This document shows positions 7,747-15,763 of a DNA stretch of 64,000 bases, one piece after another. The notes below the pieces were generated by a model. It had not been told where the DNA came from. It ran no database searches and saw nothing but the letters and a program-made list of their open reading frames with translations. The position numbers and the translations under genes were made by a program. Positions within the stretch are counted from its first letter, which is position 1, and the number at the start of each line of letters is the position of its first letter. The stretch is taken from the NCBI GenBank assembly GCA_958295905.1, contig OY282382.1, forward strand, positions 4,582,910-4,646,909, in the 5' to 3' direction. This stretch comes from an uncultured Vicinamibacterales bacterium. Lineage in GTDB: Bacteria; Acidobacteriota; Vicinamibacteria; Vicinamibacterales; UBA8438.

Positions 7747-9591
7747 CTAGTCGATCTGGTACTCCGGCGTGCTCATGATGAGGTGCGTCACCATGCGCAG
7801 CGGGTCCTCCAGATAGGTCTCGGCGCGCGCGAGGTCCGCGGTGCCGAGCTCGCCGTCCAGTAGCGCCACCAGCGCGTCGCGCATGCCCGCCGACACCGGC
7901 ATCCGCAGGAAACGCGCCAGCAGGTAGTCGACCGCCTCGCCGGTGGTCGCCGCGCCGCTGTCCAGGACCATCCGGGTCATGTCCACCCGGGCCGCGCCGC
8001 GCGGGGTCGGAATCAGCTTCTGCATGGCCCGGGCCCACGCGAAGTAGCCGGAGACGCGGGTGTTGAACAGCTCGTCCCGCTCGAGCGCGGCGAGGTCGAA
8101 CGCGGTCATGTTGGCCGGGTCGTCGTCGAAGGCGATGGCGGCGCCGAAGTCGTAGCCCCGGCGCAGGCGGTCGCCCACGACCCCGTCCCCGCTGAGGGTG
8201 AGGAAATTCGGGTCGCGGAAGTTGACGATGTCGGGGAACAGGTAGTCGAAGGCGACGTTGCCCCGCTCCTGGAGGAGGGCGGGGGTGATCCACGCCCGGC
8301 CCTGCGCCCAGCCCGCGACCGACGGCGGGTTCAGCAGGTGCTGGCCCAGCGCAATCGCCGTGCTGTTGAAGTCGGGCACGCCGGGCACGTCCTCGGCCCC
8401 GAGGTGCTTCAGCATCGTGATGACGTGCTCGACCGGCCCCTTGATGTGGGCGCCGTAGCTCGCCTCGCTGTAGAAGTCGCGCGACAGGAAGATCGTCCGC
8501 ATGAGCGGCTTCAGCTCGTAGCCGTTGTCCCGGAAGACGGCGCCGAGCTCGGCCTGCAGGGCCGGCGACGGGTCCTCGCGGACGAAGAAGCGGTAGATCT
8601 TGGACGCAATGTACTCGGCGGTGACCGGCTGCTCGAGGATGATGCGGAGAACGTCCACGCCGTCGAAGTTGCCGGTGCGCCCCAGGAAGGTCTTCTCGTC
8701 GTCGTCGTGCTGACCGGCGTTGACCACGAAGTCGAGGTTCTCGAAGTTCCAGCCGGTGAAGGCCCGCGCCGCCTCGCGCACGTCCCGCTCGGTGTAGTTG
8801 CCCACCCCCATGGTGAACAGCTCCATCACCTCGCGGGCGAAGTTCTCGTTGGCCGCGCCCTTCACGTTCACCCCGGCATCGAGGTAGTAGAGCATCCCGG
8901 GATCCTGGGCCACCGCCACCAGCAGCTCGCCGAAGTTGCCGGTCGCGTGCCGCTCGAACGTCTCGATCTGCAGGAGCATCTTGCGGTAGTCGCGCACCTT
9001 GTTCTGGGCGGTGGCGAAATGGCCATGCCAGAACAGCGCCATCTTCTCTTCGAGCGGCCGGTGGGTGTCGAGCATCCGCTCGGCCCACCAGTAGCCGACC
9101 CGCCGGGTCTCCAGCCCGGTCGCCCGCAGCCAGTAGAAGAACCGATCGGAGAGCGGCTGTCCGTGCCGGTTGACGTGGTCGGGCTTGACCCGCACCCCCA
9201 TGCTCTCCCCGTTCCTCAGCCCCAGCTCGGTGGCGGCGGGCCGGCTCGGCGGAAAGTGCAGCAGCCCCTCGTCCCAGAAGCCGGAATGCTCGAACGGCGG
9301 AAGATGGCCGTTCGCGATGCCGTCGTAGTCCACGAGGGCGCGGACCGCCTCCTCGGGGGTCATCCCGGCCAGCTTCCGGACGTCGTCGGGCGCGCCGCTG
9401 AAGCCGGCGCGGCCCAGCAGGTGCTCGGCGCGGTCGTAGCTCCAGTCCGCGGCGGTGATCGGGGTCAGGTCCCCCCGCCAGGCGGCCGGTCCCGGCTCCC
9501 ACGTCTGCGAGCTCGCCGTCACGGCGCCGCCGGCGATGCACAGCGCCAGCGCGGCGCAGGCCGCCGCGGCGCGGTGGTATCGAGTCGTCAT
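7747..9591 (-). CDS. DUF1800-family protein
   Basis: A clean long ORF with family-typical stretches (FWHGHFAT, NENFAREVMELFTMG, FTGW, PPSVAGW). I moved the start to ATG 9591, which gives a signal-like N-terminus MTTRYHRAAAACAALALCIAGG. The upstream part of ORF 7747-9831 looks non-coding. Confidence 0.8.
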   Translation of the reverse strand: MTTRYHRAAAACAALALCIAGGAVTASSQTWEPGPAAWRGDLTPITAADWSYDRAEHLLGRAGFSGAPDDVRKLAGMTPEEAVRALVDYDGIANGHLPPFEHSGFWDEGLLHFPPSRPAATELGLRNGESMGVRVKPDHVNRHGQPLSDRFFYWLRATGLETRRVGYWWAERMLDTHRPLEEKMALFWHGHFATAQNKVRDYRKMLLQIETFERHATGNFGELLVAVAQDPGMLYYLDAGVNVKGAANENFAREVMELFTMGVGNYTERDVREAARAFTGWNFENLDFVVNAGQHDDDEKTFLGRTGNFDGVDVLRIILEQPVTAEYIASKIYRFFVREDPSPALQAELGAVFRDNGYELKPLMRTIFLSRDFYSEASYGAHIKGPVEHVITMLKHLGAEDVPGVPDFNSTAIALGQHLLNPPSVAGWAQGRAWITPALLQERGNVAFDYLFPDIVNFRDPNFLTLSGDGVVGDRLRRGYDFGAAIAFDDDPANMTAFDLAALERDELFNTRVSGYFAWARAMQKLIPTPRGAARVDMTRMVLDSGAATTGEAVDYLLARFLRMPVSAGMRDALVALLDGELGTADLARAETYLEDPLRMVTHLIMSTPEYQID

Positions 9592-9876
9592 GGGTCGTCC
9601 CCTCGTATCCAGGCCGGTCCCTTGATGCAGGGCCGCTCCGATTTCCAGAATCTCCATTGTGGACGGCCGGATGGCATTGTCAAGTCCGACGTGCTTTGTT
9701 GCGGTAAAATTGATGCCCGCGAGCGTTTCGCTCGACAGATGCGTCGCGGGCATGGCGGGCACGACGCCCACCGCCGCGGGCAGCGCGCTCTTCCGCACGG
9801 CCGCCGTGAGGCGGTACGGCCGATCCGCCACGGATTCGGCAGGAAGACCGTGGGTGCTCGAACCGTGATCCCGCGA

Positions 9877-9929
9877 TCCCCGATTCGAGGGGGCGGGCCG
9901 TCACGCGCAGTCAGCGTGGGATGCCCCTG
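9877..9929 (-). repeat. family-1 MITE end fragment (copy B, rearranged)
   Basis: The sequence ...CCCCGATTCGAGGGGGCGGGCCGTCACGCGCAGTCAGCGTGGGATGCCCCTG matches one MITE terminus. The internal CCCC-GATTCGA-GGGG hairpin is in the flipped orientation relative to the other copies. Confidence 0.5.
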
Positions 9930-10006
9930 CGCGGCGACCCGGGCACGGCCCGGCACGGCCCCGCCCGCGGGCCTCGATGTGAGATGATGGGCTGCTGGAT
10001 TCAGAG

Positions 10007-11143
10007 ATGACGAAGCCGACAATCGTGCTACTGGCGGCGGGCCTGACGCTGGGCGGCCTCTCCACGGCGCACGCCCAAAGCGGCGGCCCCTCCACGGCGC
10101 ACGCCCAAAGCGGCGGCCCCGGCGCGTGGGACCCGGACGCCGCCGCCGCCTATCTCGACCAGCGGGTGGACTGGTGGTCGGGCTGGGAGACGGCGGCGCG
10201 GGAGCGCGGCACGTTCTGCGTCTCCTGTCACACCACCGCCCCGTACGGCCTCGCCCGCCCGATGCTGCGGCCCGCGGGCGGCGCGGGCGCGGCATCACGG
10301 TACGAGCGCAAGCTGCTGGACAGCGTCACGACCCGCGTCGCCGGCTGGACCGAGGTCGGCCCGTTCTACCCCGACGAGCGCTACGGCGCGCCCAAGACCA
10401 GCCAGTCGCGCGGGACGGAAGCGATACTCAACGCCCTCGTCCTCGCCCGGCACGACGAGCGGAACGGCGTGCTGAGCGACCGCACGCGCCGGGCGTTCGA
10501 CAACCTCTGGGCGCTGCAACGCACGGACGGCGCCGACGCGGGCGCGTGGCCCTGGCTGCACTTCAACCTGGCGCCGTGGGAATCGGACGAGGGGCCGTAC
10601 CACGGGGCGGCGCTGGCCGCCGTCGCCGTCGGACTCGCGCCGGACGGCTACCGCGCCCGCGCCGAGATTCGGGACAACGTCGCGCGGCTCGGCGGCTATC
10701 TTCGGCGCCGGCTCGACGCCCAGCCGCCTTTCAACCGCGTCATGGCCCTCTGGGCCTCCGGCGCGCTTCCGGATCTGCTGACGGGCGCGCGGCGGCAGGC
10801 GATCGTCGACGAGATCGCCGACCTGCAGCGGAAGGACGGCGGCTGGAGCCTGTCGTCACTGGGCGCCTGGACCCGGCGGGACGGGACCCCCGCCGAGACG
10901 GGGAGCGACGGTTACGCGACCGGTCTGGTCACGCTCGCGCTCCGGCGGGCCGGCCTGCCGCGGGATCACGAGGCGGTCGCGGGCGGCCTCGACTGGCTCG
11001 TCCTGAACCAGGACCCCGACGGGTCGTGGCCCGCGTCGTCGCTCAACCGCGGGCGCGATCCGGCGTCGGACCGGGGGCGCTTCATGCGGGACGCCGCCAC
11101 CGCCTACGCGGTGCTGGCGCTGGCGGCGGACGACGGGCGCTGA
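10007..11143 (+). CDS. secreted prenyltransferase/squalene-cyclase-like alpha/alpha-repeat protein with an N-terminal CXXCH motif
   Basis: It has a signal peptide, FCVSCH, and then repeats typical of the terpenoid-cyclase/prenyltransferase fold (QRTDGADAGAWPW, QRKDGGWS, NQDPDGSWP). Confidence 0.65.
   Translation: MTKPTIVLLAAGLTLGGLSTAHAQSGGPSTAHAQSGGPGAWDPDAAAAYLDQRVDWWSGWETAARERGTFCVSCHTTAPYGLARPMLRPAGGAGAASRYERKLLDSVTTRVAGWTEVGPFYPDERYGAPKTSQSRGTEAILNALVLARHDERNGVLSDRTRRAFDNLWALQRTDGADAGAWPWLHFNLAPWESDEGPYHGAALAAVAVGLAPDGYRARAEIRDNVARLGGYLRRRLDAQPPFNRVMALWASGALPDLLTGARRQAIVDEIADLQRKDGGWSLSSLGAWTRRDGTPAETGSDGYATGLVTLALRRAGLPRDHEAVAGGLDWLVLNQDPDGSWPASSLNRGRDPASDRGRFMRDAATAYAVLALAADDGR
10061..10120 (+). 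repeat. perfect 2 x 30-bp in-frame tandem duplication inside the signal-peptide region
   Basis: TCCACGGCGCACGCCCAAAGCGGCGGCCCC is repeated exactly (10061-10090 and 10091-10120). This duplicates the peptide STAHAQSGGP, which includes the probable AHA-Q signal-peptidase site. Confidence 0.9.
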
Positions 11144-11255
11144 TCGGACCGGCGGACCGTGCCCCGGCGGGTCCGCCCGCCGCGTCCGGGCGCGTTCCGT
11201 GTCGAGGTCGAGACGTTGCAGTCCGGGACACGTGCGCACAGGAAGGGACCTTCAG

Positions 11256-12332
11256 ATGACGTATCGAGCAGGCATGCGGACGGCGTTGGCGGTGGTCGCG
11301 GCGGCGATCGTCTCGGCGGCTGCGCCGGCGCCGGCGCAGCCGGTCACCGGGCCGACCAACGAGCACCCCAACCCCTTCGAGACGATAAACGACCACTTCA
11401 AGCTGCCCGAGGGACGCACTTGGGGCTCGACCAGCGCCGTGGACATCGATCCCGACGGGACGTCGATCTGGGTCGGCGAGCGTTGCGGGGCGAACAGTTG
11501 CGCGGAATCGGACCTCGATCCGGTCCTCCAGTTCGACAGGGACGGCAACCTGCTGAAAAGCTTCGGCGGCGGCATGTTCATCTTCCCGCACGGCATCCAC
11601 GTCGACGGCCGCGGCAACGTGTGGGTCACCGACGCCCAGGGCCCGCGGGGACGCGGTCCCGCCTACGAGGGCAAGGGCCACGCCGTCTTCAAGTTCAACC
11701 CGGACGGCGAGCTGCTGATGACCCTGGGCCGCCCCGGCACCGCCGGCGACGGGTCGGGGCCGCTCCTCAACGAGCCGAACGACGTGCACGTCGCCCCCAA
11801 CGGCGACATCTTCGTCGCCGAGGGCCACAGCGGCCAGGGCGCGGGGGCGAGCTGGGACACCGTCGCCCGCGTCGTCAAGTTCGACCGCCAGGGCAACTTC
11901 ATCAAGTCGTGGGGCGGCATCGGGACCGCCCCCGGGCAGTTCCGGACGCCGCACGGCCTCGCCATGGACTCGCGCGGCCGCCTCTTCGTCGCCGACCGCG
12001 GCAACGTGCGCATCCAGATCTTCGACCAGGACGGCAACTTCATCGACCAGTGGAAGCAGTTCAGCCGCCTCAGCGGGATCTACATCGACGCCGACGACAA
12101 CATCTACGGCGCCGACTCCGAGTCGAGCCCCACGTCGAACCCGGGCTGGCGCCGGGGCATCCGCATCGGCAGCGCGGTGACCGGCCACGTCCGGTTCTTC
12201 ATCCCCGACCCCGCCGACGTGCCGCGGGGAACCACCGCGGCCGAGGGCGTGGCGGTCGACGCCGAGGGCAACGTCTATGGCGCCGAGGTCGGCCCGCGGC
12301 AGCTCGTCAAGTACGTCCGGCGCGGGCAGTAG
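11256..12332 (+). CDS. secreted NHL-repeat beta-propeller protein
   Basis: GGAAGGGA lies upstream of ATG 11256, followed by a signal peptide (MTYRAGMRTALAVVAAAIVSAAAPAPAQ). NHL-like blades recur (FIFPHGIHVDGRGNVWVTD, PNDVHVAPNGDIFVAE, FRTPHGLAMDSRGRLFVADRGNVRIQIFD). Confidence 0.8.
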   Translation: MTYRAGMRTALAVVAAAIVSAAAPAPAQPVTGPTNEHPNPFETINDHFKLPEGRTWGSTSAVDIDPDGTSIWVGERCGANSCAESDLDPVLQFDRDGNLLKSFGGGMFIFPHGIHVDGRGNVWVTDAQGPRGRGPAYEGKGHAVFKFNPDGELLMTLGRPGTAGDGSGPLLNEPNDVHVAPNGDIFVAEGHSGQGAGASWDTVARVVKFDRQGNFIKSWGGIGTAPGQFRTPHGLAMDSRGRLFVADRGNVRIQIFDQDGNFIDQWKQFSRLSGIYIDADDNIYGADSESSPTSNPGWRRGIRIGSAVTGHVRFFIPDPADVPRGTTAAEGVAVDAEGNVYGAEVGPRQLVKYVRRGQ

Positions 12333-12341
12333 TCGATTACG

Positions 12342-12380
12342 CCGGGTTCCGGAGGGCGCAAACGCCCTTCCGGGACCCGG
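12342..12380 (+). terminator. GC-rich hairpin downstream of the NHL gene (possible terminator; no U-tract)
   Basis: CCGGGTTCCGGAGGGCG-CAAA-CGCCCTTCCGGGACCCGG forms a ~17-bp stem with one wobble and one bulge, starting 10 nt after the stop codon. Confidence 0.3.
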
Positions 12381-12486
12381 CTCAACCACTTCGGCGTTCA
12401 CGTCGCTCTTCAACCGTGGCGAATACGGTAGAGCCGGGTGAGCCCGCCCGTTCGCGCAGGGCCTGACGGCCCATGGTGAAGTCCCT

Positions 12487-12698
12487 GCCGCATCCGGGCG
12501 GCGGGGCATCCCGCCTGACGCCCGCACGACGCCTTCCCACCTGGCGACGGGTGCCGCCCGTTCCCGATGACGGCGACGCAGGCATCCACTATGCCGCATC
12601 CGGGCAGCGGCGCATCCCGCCTGACGCCCGCACGACGCCTTCCCGCGTGGCGACGGGCGCCGCCCGTTCCCGATGACGGCGGCGCCGGCGTCCGCTAC
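12487..12698. repeat. 2 x 106-bp tandem repeat
   Basis: The unit GCCGCATCCGGGC.GCGG.GCATCCCGCCTGACGCCCGCACGACGCCTTCCC...CCGTTCCCGATGACGGCG starts at 12487 and again at 12593. It contains GGCATCCCGCCTGAC, which resembles the family-1 MITE terminus GGCATCCCACGCTGAC. Confidence 0.8.
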
Positions 12699-13744
12699 AC
12701 CGGTCCCGCTGGCGGCGCGGCGGACCGCGGCCGTTCCGCCGCGGCCGACGCGGCGTGCGTCCGTTGCAGCAGGTTCTCGACGAGCGCTCTGAAGTCGTGG
12801 AACGCGCCGCGGGCGGCGACGGCATGACTCCCGAGGGCGCCGTCTCCTGCGGACAGGGAAAAGATCGGCTTGCGCGCGTCCTGCGCCAGCGGAACGAGGC
12901 TGCGGTAGTGCTTCACGGTGGCGATGCAATGCTCGTCGGCTTGCGGATCCAACGCAGTTGCAGGAGTCTCTTCGCCCAGCACGCTGCGCGAGTACTCGGC
13001 CGGCATCTGCCTTGCCCACCGGTCGTAGGCCTTGACGGGACGGCTCAGTCGGACGCCGTGCTGCTGAATCAGGTAACCGATTGGCCGCATGTCACCGGTC
13101 GGCAGGTCGAAATCGGGCTCGGCCCAATTGCCGCGGCGCTTCTTCCAGTCGTCCCGCCAGCGGCGGAGGGTCGGACCCAGGTTGCGCAGCCCCTGCCGGG
13201 AGAACAGGTCGGCGGCCAGCGGCACCGCGACGAAGTCGGTGGCAATCAGGGCGGAACGGTTGATGGCCCCCAGGCTCGGGCCGACGTCGACCAGCACGAT
13301 GTCTGCGCCTGACTGCCCGGCGCCCTTTTGCACGACCTGCCAGAACGCGGTGATCACACGAAACGCGCGGTACAGGTTGGTGCTTCCCAGGCAGTTCGGC
13401 CATTCCGTGGACAGCAGGTCCTCGAAGCCCGACAACGCCAGATCGCCGGGCAGCAGGTAGAGCCCGTCCGCGGGTCGCTGCAACTCGGGGTCTCCGACGT
13501 CCCCGACCTTGGTGAGCGGCGCCACGCACTGGTGGATCGTCCTGCCCGACGAAGACGCCTGGTCGTTCCAGAGGTCGGCGAGCGTATCCTCGTCCAGAAA
13601 CGCCGCCGTGAGGTTGGCCTGGGGATCGAGATCGACGACCAGCACCGTATGGTCCAGCGCCGACAACATCCAGGCCGCGTGGTAGACCAGGGAGGTCTTT
13701 CCCACGCCACCTTTGTTGTTGAAGAACGTCAGGACGGGCGTCAT
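12695..13744 (-). CDS. ParA/MinD-superfamily ATPase, copy 2
   Basis: Motifs are MTPVLTFFNNKGGVGKTSLVYH, DLDPQANLT and IVLVDVGPSLG, and the C-terminal region is shared with copy 1 (HYRSLVPLAQDARKPIFSLSAGDG). The ATG at 13744 overlaps the upstream stop (TGATG). The longer 501-aa ORF in the track is an artefactual N-terminal extension. Confidence 0.85.
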   Translation of the reverse strand: MTPVLTFFNNKGGVGKTSLVYHAAWMLSALDHTVLVVDLDPQANLTAAFLDEDTLADLWNDQASSSGRTIHQCVAPLTKVGDVGDPELQRPADGLYLLPGDLALSGFEDLLSTEWPNCLGSTNLYRAFRVITAFWQVVQKGAGQSGADIVLVDVGPSLGAINRSALIATDFVAVPLAADLFSRQGLRNLGPTLRRWRDDWKKRRGNWAEPDFDLPTGDMRPIGYLIQQHGVRLSRPVKAYDRWARQMPAEYSRSVLGEETPATALDPQADEHCIATVKHYRSLVPLAQDARKPIFSLSAGDGALGSHAVAARGAFHDFRALVENLLQRTHAASAAAERPRSAAPPAGPV

Positions 13745-14955
13745 CACGCGCGGACCCTCACCGTGCAGTGAACCCAGTTCGGCTCGACGCGGAAGTCGGG
13801 TTCCGGTTGCCCATTGTTCAGCAGGGCGCGTCGCGCCGTCGGAATTCCCGCGCCGTAGCGTTGAGCCAGTCCGAGAACCCGCATCGCTTCCGCCAGAATC
13901 TGGTTGCGATAGTCCACGATGCCCGGCTGCCCGAAGTTCTCGGTGGTAAGGGCGCCGTAGGGGCCGCCCGGACTCGTGATCTCGACACGATCGTCGAACC
14001 AGTAGACATGGATCGGCGCATTCGTGCCTTCGTAGGTCCTGTGCATGACGGCGTTGCGAACGAGTTGCTGAAGCGCCGCCATGGGATACGTCGGCGTCCG
14101 CACTTCGACCGGACCCGACGTGAAGTCGACCGCGGTCCGATTGTGCGCCAGCAGCTTGTCGTCGAGACCGAGAACCAGGTGGGCAATCGGGCCGCTGCAT
14201 CGCCCGTCGTCGACCACGGGGTCGGCGAGATCCGTGCCGGCGATACGCAGAAACTGCACGAAGGCGGCCGGCAGGAAGTCCTGCGGGTTCTTGCCCAGGA
14301 CGAGAATGCCGGCGATCGTCGGCCTCGGGTCATCGACCGCGGCGATCATCTTGAGGGCCGCGAGACGCTGCTCCGTGCTCCGATCGTTCTCCGCAAGGGC
14401 CGTCGCGTCGACCGCCAGCGGGAGGTAATCCTCCTCGAAACGCCGCAAATCGAGATCGGCGACACTGGCGGTGGGCACCGGTTGCGCATCGAAGTGGGGG
14501 TCGCGATGCCGCCGCTTCTCGTTCAGAATCCGTTCGTCCTGGGCGCCGGCGACGGCCCGCCTCGGCCCCACGCGGATCCAGATCCGTCCCCGGTGGCGCA
14601 CCGGCGGCGTGTCCGACGGCACGACGGTAACGACCGCAACGGGAGTCCCGAGCAGCACGCGCCGGTCGACGGTCAGCGTCGGCGGCGGCACGATGTTGCC
14701 GTCCGTCTTCACGTCGGCGAGCTGCAACAGCATTTCGTCCGTGATCTCGAGGCCGACGGGCGCGCCGGCGTCGTCCGCTCCCACAAACACGACGCCGGGG
14801 CGCTGGTGGTCCGGCAGATCGTTGGCGAAGGCGCAGACCGCTTGCCGGATCTTGCGGGGACTGTCTCCCCGCAGCGATTCCTTCCGCTCGACCAAGTCCG
14901 ACTCCAGGTCCACCAGCATCGCTTCAAGCTCGTGCTGTGTATACGGCGCAGTCAC
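13744..14955 (-). CDS. AlbA_2/Schlafen-type + HATPase_c_4-type putative DNA-binding ATPase, copy 2 (intact)
   Basis: Motifs are LESDLVERKES, VCAFANDLPDH, GVVFVGADD, LQQLVRNAVMHRTYE, VEITSPGGPYG and the C-terminal tail AQRYGAGIPTARRALLNNGQPEPDF. It is full length (403 aa). Confidence 0.8.
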   Translation of the reverse strand: MTAPYTQHELEAMLVDLESDLVERKESLRGDSPRKIRQAVCAFANDLPDHQRPGVVFVGADDAGAPVGLEITDEMLLQLADVKTDGNIVPPPTLTVDRRVLLGTPVAVVTVVPSDTPPVRHRGRIWIRVGPRRAVAGAQDERILNEKRRHRDPHFDAQPVPTASVADLDLRRFEEDYLPLAVDATALAENDRSTEQRLAALKMIAAVDDPRPTIAGILVLGKNPQDFLPAAFVQFLRIAGTDLADPVVDDGRCSGPIAHLVLGLDDKLLAHNRTAVDFTSGPVEVRTPTYPMAALQQLVRNAVMHRTYEGTNAPIHVYWFDDRVEITSPGGPYGALTTENFGQPGIVDYRNQILAEAMRVLGLAQRYGAGIPTARRALLNNGQPEPDFRVEPNWVHCTVRVRA

Positions 14956-15012
14956 TCGATCGCCTCCGCGCGTTGAATCGCATCCCTCCGGTGCCTCCGG
15001 TGCCTACATTCC

Positions 15013-15065
15013 TGGTGGCCTGTCACGCCATAAGTTTCGGACAGACGGACTTGAGTCGAACGACG
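15013..15065 (-). repeat. IS630-family end remnant (c)
   Basis: TGGTGGCCTGTCACGCCATAAGTTTCGGACAGACGGACTTGAGTCGAACGACG is the same end as at 6497, 7620 and 44801. The minus-strand reading is ...VVRLKSVCPKLMA*. It lies in the 175-bp spacer between the Toprim-like gene and the AlbA_2 gene. Confidence 0.5.
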
Positions 15066-15130
15066 TATTCCATTCAACGATCGGCAAAATGGCCCTGACG
15101 ATCAAGTGGGACAGGCTGTCACGGTCGAGC

Positions 15131-15763
15131 TCAGGTTCTTGCCTCCACTGGAATGCCAAGTTGATCGAGAGCTGTCGTCGTGTCTGCCTCGAGCCGGGCG
15201 AATGCCGGCAAAGTTCGCAAAGCAGTCCAATCGCCGATCAGGTTCGCCAAGCGATGAGCGGCGCGGCCGGGTTTGAAGCTCTTCGCTCGTCTTCCTTTCG
15301 CTCCGTTGGCGGCACGCAGCGCATCGTGGAGGATTTTCTTGGGATCCGCCAACTTTTCCCATCGATGCGCCGGCGGCAACCCGAGGTTCTCCGTTCCAGA
15401 CGGCCGACCAGCCGCTTCACGAAGAGCAGACTCGTCGTGCAGAAGCCACGCCTCCTGCATTTTCACCGGTACGACGCAAACATGACTGAGGCCTGTACGA
15501 TTGGCGGCCCCGATCTCCTCATATCGAACACATGGGTCTTGTCTCTCCGCGTCTCGATGCACGAAGAGAAGCTGACACGGATACTCCTGAATCGCAACGG
15601 CGAGTCTCTCGGCCAGATCGCGGGGCCTGTCGCGAAGCACTCTGAGGTCTGCCCATTGGATTTCGAACGCTTGCGGCGTCAATCGGCTCATCAGCCACTG
15701 AAGAATCGGCATCAGCACGACATCCGACGCGCCATCGGTCACGAGTGTCACCCGTAGTGTCAT
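15131..15763 (-). CDS. Toprim-like predicted nuclease (DUF4276-like) partner of the upstream ABC ATPase
   Basis: MTLRVTLVTDGASD, LLFVHRDAE and VVPVKMQEAWLLHD give an acidic-residue pattern that fits a Toprim-like fold. As far as I can judge without HMMs it fits DUF4276. The ATG overlaps the ATPase stop (ATGA). G+C is visibly lower than in the surrounding DNA. Confidence 0.55.
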   Translation of the reverse strand: MTLRVTLVTDGASDVVLMPILQWLMSRLTPQAFEIQWADLRVLRDRPRDLAERLAVAIQEYPCQLLFVHRDAERQDPCVRYEEIGAANRTGLSHVCVVPVKMQEAWLLHDESALREAAGRPSGTENLGLPPAHRWEKLADPKKILHDALRAANGAKGRRAKSFKPGRAAHRLANLIGDWTALRTLPAFARLEADTTTALDQLGIPVEART

